The position numbers and the translations under genes were made by a program. The notes under the pieces were generated by a model that saw nothing but the letters and a program-made list of their open reading frames with translations, searched no databases and was not told the origin of the DNA. Positions 24,501 through 27,374 of a DNA stretch of 27,374 nt are shown one piece after another; position 1 is the first letter of the stretch, and every line of letters starts with the position of its first letter. Origin of the DNA: a virus (Duplodnaviria > Caudoviricetes). Location of the stretch: IMG/VR virus record IMGVR_UViG_3300017913_001636, positions 1 through 27,374 of that record; one strand, written 5' to 3'.

Positions 24501-27374
24501 CAACGTCAGTGACTGCACCAGCTGTGACTGTGATATCTGCTGTAGCGCCTGTTCCTGATCCACTTGTGGTTAGATCAACATCTTGATATGTGAGTGTTCC
24601 ACCTGTAGGTGTGTAACCGCTACCGCCGGTTAAGTCGCCATTGTCTACACCGACAACAACACCTATGCGTGTTTCTGTTACTGCACCTTGAGCGTTACCA
24701 TCAGCACTTGTTAGAATAGTTTGTGCAACACCACCTGCAGGAGCAAAACTAGACACATCTGATCCAGTGTTACTAATTGTAAATGTTGTAGATGTTGGAA
24801 CACTCAATACCAAACCGTTTTGGTTAAATGTAGTATCTGTTGTGTTTTTTATTCTTACGTTGTTATCAACGTTTAAATTGTGTGCACCACTTGTTGTAAC
24901 TGTAACAACATTGCTTGTTCTTTCTAATGCTGTTACTGTTGCACTTGTAAAAGTGTAAGTGTCGTCTGCATCTAAAACAAGATATTGACTACTGTTAGAA
25001 CTTCTCAAGAAGTAGTTATCAACAACTGCTGCACTGCTGCCTTTTGAAGTTGGTTTTACACCACTGTCAACACCGTTAACAAAGATGTTTGGCGCAGTTG
25101 CAGATACGTCAAACGGGTCACCTGTGCTGTCTTCATTGTCATCCCATCCTGCGCCTTCAGACGCAACAAGTATGTTTAAGCTGTTAGTGTAGTCATTTTT
25201 GGCTTTACCTCTTGCGCCTGATATACCAGGTTGTGTAATAACATCTCCGTCTTCAGCTGTAATGGTTCCATCAAGAGTAAGTTCAACTTGTTCATAGTTT
25301 TCTGTAGCAATGTCACCAGCTTTCAAGTCAGAAGCAGGAATATTATCTACTTGTAACAATCTAGTGTCATAACCATTTGTATTAACGTTTGTAAACTGTC
25401 TAGTAGCAGGAATCAAATCTGCATTCAACTGACCGTTTGTGTTCAACTGAACAATAGCGCCAGGAACAGCAGCAGTTGAAACTGATTTGTCAACAAAGCC
25501 GCCTAGTCTGTTTGAAATAAATGATCTTACTGCTAACTGCGTTGACAATCTGCCGTCACTTGGTCCGCCTAGTTCGTCATCACCTAAGTTAACACTTGTT
25601 GAAATTTCTTCAATAGCAACATCTGACAAGCTCAGTCTCAATGCATCAAGCTCGTCCACCTGAACTTTGTTTCTAAAGGTAATGTTACCAGTTCTGTTAA
25701 ACGCTGTAATAAAGTCACCAACTTTAAAGTCACCAAGTTCGTTTGTTCCTGATGAATAAACACGTCCTGGTAATTCTTCAAACTGTTCAAATTCTTCTCT
25801 TGTATTACCACCGTTCTGTGGAAGAGCGTTGTAGTCAGTTCCTGATCCGGCATATTCCCAAGTGTGTGCAGATGAGTTTGTAATACTAGGTCTATGGAAC
25901 CAACATTGTTTTTCTAACAAGTTTGCTAGGTTTGTCAAACTGCTGCTGCCATCTGTAGCTGTTATTGTAAATGTAGCTGTGCCTAGTCCTGTCTTAGCAG
26001 CTACTTCGTTTATACCTATGCTTGTGTTTGGAGAACTTGCATGGTCAGATGTAATTGTGCTTGTGACATCAAATTGAATACGTAAAGTTGAACTACCGAC
26101 TGTAACTTGTTCAATACTTACAACAAGTCTACGTTCTCTTGGTTCCCAACTATATACTATCGCACTGTTGTTATTAGATCCTGTTGTGCCAGCTATAGCT
26201 TTACCTGGAGTAAATTCATAGTTTTCTGCACCAGATTCTAATGTCAATGTTTGATATGTTTGGTGTTCAGCTGTTACTTCTTCGACAAAGAATTCAATTA
26301 CACCAGATAAGAATTTGTGTGTTCCTGTAGATAGTCCTAAAATATCAACGTCAAAATCACCAGATTCGTCAAATGTCAATGTAAATTCGTCGTCGTTAAT
26401 GATTTTTACATAATAGTTTTGTTCTGCGTCTAAACCTTGTATAGGAGCATTTCCATCTGGATCGTAAATTAATTTTTGTTGGTTTGTAAATCCATGACCG
26501 ACAATTGTAATAATATTTGTGCCAACACTAACATCGTTAGCTGCATCAAATGTTGTTTCAGTTGGTGTAGTTTTATAGTTGTTTGTTATGTCACCTTCAC
26601 TGCTTACTTCTGATGGGTTTGGCGTATCGTTTGGATCGTTTATAATATCTTTTACAATATCAAATCTACTTGATACAAAGTCTTGCACATCAGAAGATGT
26701 ATCACTGATATATGTCAATGCATATGTTTTTGCTTGCTCAATTGCAGCAATTGTTTGTAATTCTTGTCCACTGATTGTAATTGCGGATGAGTCTTGTAGG
26801 TTTTTACTGTAGTAAGCTAAACCTGCACTACGTGAATATCTATTACCTGTGTCCCATGCGTCTTGAGCAACAGCTTCAACAATCAACCTGGTATCTCTGT
26901 CACACTTTGCAGAATCATATTCAAAGTCATACCAAATGTTTGCTTGGATTTGTTCGTTGATCCATTGTGTTGTATTTTGTGCAATGTTGATTCTACCAGT
27001 TTCGCCTAGTGCTACTTCTACTTCGGCAACTTGTGCACTGTTTACCCAAGAGGTTCCTGGCTCAATCAACGTAGGCAAACTTGTATTATCTTCCAAGTAA
27101 TCAAGGATTTCTTGAATACGTGCTTCAGCAAATGTTCTACTTTCTGCACTACCTGGTGTGTTGCTAACATCTTGTGATTCAGCATTGCCACTTGATGTAG
27201 CAACAGTTTCTTCTGCAATAACTTGTCCTATTACAGTTTTTAATCTTTCATAAGCAGCCACAGTTTCTTCAAGTTGACCGTCGCCGTATTGTGCTTGACC
27301 GTCAACAAAGTATGCTTCAGCAGCTCTTCTACTTTGCAAGTTGCCGCCATATGTAATATCATATATCAATGCAT
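18511..27374 (-). CDS. Giant tail fibre/virion structural protein with C-terminal peptidase S74 intramolecular chaperone; 5' end beyond the right edge
   Basis: The frame is open to the window edge (...ALIYDITYGGN), so TTG 27369 is probably not the start. Gly/Thr/Ser-rich repeats and a VWHAGNDG motif. C-terminal YSSDERLKEN...GVIAQEV...YEKMVPLLIEAIKEQ coiled coil. Confidence 0.92.
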   Translation of the reverse strand, partial: ALIYDITYGGNLQSRRAAEAYFVDGQAQYGDGQLEETVAAYERLKTVIGQVIAEETVATSSGNAESQDVSNTPGSAESRTFAEARIQEILDYLEDNTSLPTLIEPGTSWVNSAQVAEVEVALGETGRINIAQNTTQWINEQIQANIWYDFEYDSAKCDRDTRLIVEAVAQDAWDTGNRYSRSAGLAYYSKNLQDSSAITISGQELQTIAAIEQAKTYALTYISDTSSDVQDFVSSRFDIVKDIINDPNDTPNPSEVSSEGDITNNYKTTPTETTFDAANDVSVGTNIITIVGHGFTNQQKLIYDPDGNAPIQGLDAEQNYYVKIINDDEFTLTFDESGDFDVDILGLSTGTHKFLSGVIEFFVEEVTAEHQTYQTLTLESGAENYEFTPGKAIAGTTGSNNNSAIVYSWEPRERRLVVSIEQVTVGSSTLRIQFDVTSTITSDHASSPNTSIGINEVAAKTGLGTATFTITATDGSSSLTNLANLLEKQCWFHRPSITNSSAHTWEYAGSGTDYNALPQNGGNTREEFEQFEELPGRVYSSGTNELGDFKVGDFITAFNRTGNITFRNKVQVDELDALRLSLSDVAIEEISTSVNLGDDELGGPSDGRLSTQLAVRSFISNRLGGFVDKSVSTAAVPGAIVQLNTNGQLNADLIPATRQFTNVNTNGYDTRLLQVDNIPASDLKAGDIATENYEQVELTLDGTITAEDGDVITQPGISGARGKAKNDYTNSLNILVASEGAGWDDNEDSTGDPFDVSATAPNIFVNGVDSGVKPTSKGSSAAVVDNYFLRSSNSSQYLVLDADDTYTFTSATVTALERTSNVVTVTTSGAHNLNVDNNVRIKNTTDTTFNQNGLVLSVPTSTTFTISNTGSDVSSFAPAGGVAQTILTSADGNAQGAVTETRIGVVVGVDNGDLTGGSGYTPTGGTLTYQDVDLTTSGSGTGATADITVTAGAVTDVDIKTGGSGYEVGDTLGVAASDVGGTGSGFSIEITSIEKRAYVDILGGELFVASSSSIDFVEDNTAVQGAIDIGLDNEISLNFLAGTTGSGGAVDYTDDQITIANHGLATGDPVTYDTLGNVAIGGLLNGRVYYAKVIDTSTIELYSGFALLNQVEFTSTPANNNHNLKRSTVNLIDNSFIVEGHGLTTGDAIRMEAAEDGSSTNALPDVAGTEINEGSRFFVGSVTTNSFTIHDLRSDALASINDLVTNAKDLDDRGVGGAKIIRNNVQVNAVVNTSSRLKANWNTLAVTNIDASNIISGTISPSRLAASGIANSDSALFGDSSYKTVVQSIKKLNTTDNPITLTGSSSNDEFYGDPVNIGISNVDFSNGTPFSTLGVARFLQTQFDVNTDASGEVFIKDGVVDAGTLDSLDSAYFLNPANLSTAVPVTRGGTNITTYAVGDLLYAQSTGSLNTLNIGRNNAFLKSNGTVPEWGTALDLSEGLDVGSAKLTSSSTGSGQVYNENVTSLEIGRDATNIKIGSATSTRNLLTFVESYEGTITQDVAVNFADVTRTTNAVTGNGETEISLSSTANVLAGMIVTGSASIPSNTTVSGVTDEFIYLSNDTTGTIPSSTNLTFTYTPQTLGIKVGDTINIASSTISNLDGNWPVVGATFNATSFTIRTDANVTADPADAVAGTISIDNALVIHNTKMIVGDGEHNSTPTDAVISGSSGYGTDVAGGSMTIQAGAGTGNATGGDIVFNTGEVSTTGDIEHTQTERMRIDTSGKVTFTGEVALSGDISTTETTVGLLDDTATTINFGGEATTIEIGAATGTTTIHNNVDIDLDLNVDGSDITTNETGTFNLINTNATTLNIGGAATTVNIGTGGDGGGTTTIGHDLVVTGDLTVNGDTTTLNSSELTVDDITITVASGAADGAAADGAGLIVDGASASLLYDNTNTSWDSNQDFNLASGKAYFINDASVLSSTTLGSAVVNSSLTSVGTIATGTWNGSVIGPTYGGTGVNNGTKTITLGGNFTHSGAHTLTLTTSGNTNVTLPTSGTLAITGNGLNQFAATTSAQLRGIISDETGAGALVFGTSPTFTTSIVAGSATMGLLDTTATTINFGGVATAIDIGAATGTTSINNNLDVDLDLNVDGGDITTNTATFNLLNANATTINAFGAATDINLGAASGDFGISNATVTLAGDLNVNGNTIDTDETGTFNLLKDNVTTLAFAQAATEITIGDTKAAADLASATGEVIVRLDLRTNNDMYIDGDLFVSQINDTPIGNVTPDTGAFTTLTANDFVTFTDDTNATGANWAAAAAAVKITGGLWVQKDIRADAFIGDVDAGNITSGTIADARIASSSITQHQGDITGTGILNSGSINTGFGNINIGSSIFTGNGSGLNTLNASELDSGTVPDARIAATSITQHQGSITGTGVLNSGSINTGFGNINIGTSTFTGNGSGLTTLNASNLSSGTVAGARLGGNQTMAGVKTFSNTSAATSTTTGAVRVGGGLGVAGALYAGSFHGTGSGITSINASNISSGTVANARISGTYSNLTGTGALDAGSITSNFGNINIGTSTFTGNGSGLTNVDATTVDGVDSTSFLRSDANDTATGLITISRSGEMLSLKDTSATGSPYIGFYQGDTRRGYIQFVDSGAKMRIASDQNNERLDIGSGTTGLKFVVNNTEYTVWHAGNDGAGSGLAADTLDGISSGSFLRSDANDSFTGTLSGTGSISITGNVSATNISGDGSGLTGITADDANTLDGLDSTAFLRANANNDSASGRISTSGTKIEAGRGTGSVAMTTNDGYGNANLAFNHDEGTPDTNGSSARIESTVDNNTANLIFEVGNSTTSGTAVTLTTKMTISTGSVAVAGNFTATGEVTAYSSDERLKENFRPIESAIDKVKSLNGLYFDWKDEIDDLGFEPENRTNDAGVIAQEVQAVLPQAVAYAPFDTRYEVNDDTGEMERHSISGEDYLTVKYEKMVPLLIEAIKEQQSEIDELKEMVKKLLDK
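18512..18519 (-). promoter_or_regulatory. Putative late promoter GATAAATA
   Basis: Formed by the last codons GAT AAA TAA of the fibre gene. Confidence 0.5.
19790..20520 (-). repeat. 186-bp (62-aa) tandem duplication plus a third partial copy in the fibre
   Basis: CCACTACC(A/G)TTACCAGTAAAT at 19793, 20168 and 20354. Peptide SGT..ARI...TGTG.L..GSI...FGNINIG.S.FTGNGSGL. Confidence 0.88.
20840..22145 (-). repeat. Dispersed ~75-aa fibre repeats
   Basis: LLD.TATTINFGG.AT.I.IGAATGTT.I.NN.D.DLDLNVDG.DITTN...FNL occurs near 22140 and 21230, with a partial third copy (DLNVNGNTIDTDETGTFNLL) near 20950. Confidence 0.82.

Noticed and set aside
18926-26812. Many plus-strand ORFs (up to 229 aa) inside the fibre gene
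   Set aside because: Antisense shadows of a codon-biased Gly/Thr/Ser-rich gene. They give Val/Pro/Leu-rich sequence with no motifs.
1-27374. Stop-codon reassignment, introns or inteins, CRISPR arrays, tRNAs
   Set aside because: Genes are intact in the standard code and use TAA, TGA and TAG as stops. The terL frame is uninterrupted. Intergenic gaps are short and accounted for by promoters and hairpins.

Overview
Structural/morphogenesis region of a large AT-rich T4-like (contractile-tailed) dsDNA phage, read in the standard genetic code. Mostly on the minus strand it carries: large terminase (cut by the left edge), two probable head-internal proteins, probable small terminase, gp4 head-completion nuclease, a tube-like baseplate/junction protein, tail tube, an enlarged tail sheath, a DUF3310-like gene, divergently transcribed neck genes gp13 and gp14-gp15, and a Nudix hydrolase. 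At the right is a giant (>2950 aa, cut by the right edge) fibre with a C-terminal S74-type self-cleaving chaperone. The most unusual element is a four-gene operon directly behind the fibre: an unlisted 57-aa Ser/Thr/Gly peptide, a 125-aa unknown, a GT2-like glycosyltransferase, and a 1183-aa protein made of about 8 degenerate glycosyltransferase-like repeats ending in one DxD-bearing GT domain. It is a candidate virion/fibre glycosylation system. A TAAATA late-promoter box precedes most transcription units and in four genes lies only 4-5 nt before the ATG, suggesting leaderless late mRNAs. All family assignments come from motif recognition by eye; no database search was run.
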